From the sequence record NC_061441.1: a stretch of 64,000 nucleotides of DNA; one strand, given 5' to 3'. How positions within the stretch are numbered: the first letter of the stretch is position 1; each line of letters opens with the position of its first letter. The notes under the pieces are model-generated. The model had not been told where the DNA came from. It ran no database searches and saw only the letters and a program-made list of their open reading frames with translations. Shown one piece after another: positions 63,858 to 64,000 of this stretch. The position numbers were made by a program, and so were the translations under genes.

Positions 63858-64000
63858 TTACGCGGTACCTGAACCTGGGGTCGAAGAACCGTAGGTCAGT
63901 TTAAACGTATACGCCAGATTATCAAACGGGAAGTCGTTACGATAGACAACGTAATCAACACCATTGATAGTCACTTCGGCAGGACCAGCAAAGTTGAAGT
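63858..64000 (-). CDS. 3' end of a virion protein gene truncated by the window edge (...FNFAGPAEVTINGVDYVVYRNDFPFDNLAYTFKLTYGSSTPGSGTA)
   Basis: Open frame to TAA at 63858; resembles the C-terminus of the 1511-aa wedge protein. Confidence 0.75.
   Translation of the reverse strand, partial: FNFAGPAEVTINGVDYVVYRNDFPFDNLAYTFKLTYGSSTPGSGTA

Overview
A 64 kb, almost entirely minus-strand block of the virion-morphogenesis region of a jumbo myovirus with a contractile tail. No host chromosomal genes, rRNA, tRNA, integrase or CRISPR array were seen. The gene content (collagen-like and ILEI fibre proteins, T4-like sheath/tube/baseplate, PAAR spike, NAD+-dependent ligase, Tmk, MmcB, Nudix, GT2-TPR) resembles what I recall of the 'hairy' jumbo phages of Erwinia/Dickeya (Y3/AD1/JA11-like); this assignment is inference, not a database result. 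In transcription order (right to left) the window holds: large fibre/whisker proteins (64.0-56.6 kb); a putative internal head protein, NAD ligase, Ig-like protein and glycosyltransferase (56.6-49.4 kb); the head module of prohead protease, HExxH protein, acidic scaffold, decoration protein and major capsid (49.4-42.9 kb); neck, sheath, tubes, hub chaperones, lytic tail protein, hub and gp5-like spike (42.9-29.9 kb); an island with Nudix, MmcB and Tmk (29.9-24.6 kb); a 1.3 kb gap with no credible long ORF, rich in nested helices, carrying a 28-nt direct repeat and two unannotated micro-ORFs (24.6-23.2 kb); PAAR and baseplate wedge genes (23.2-14.0 kb); and an elaborate fibre locus (14.0-0 kb). 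The fibre locus has four register-locked collagen paralogues (one ending in an intact Hint domain) and an inserted four-gene membrane/periplasmic-sensor module. The most promising undescribed elements are the large structured RNA locus, a possible collagen-fibre glycosylation/autoprocessing system, the periplasmic sensor module and a recurring S-x-S signature in head proteins. Product calls come from motif recognition by eye; no searches or folding programs were run.
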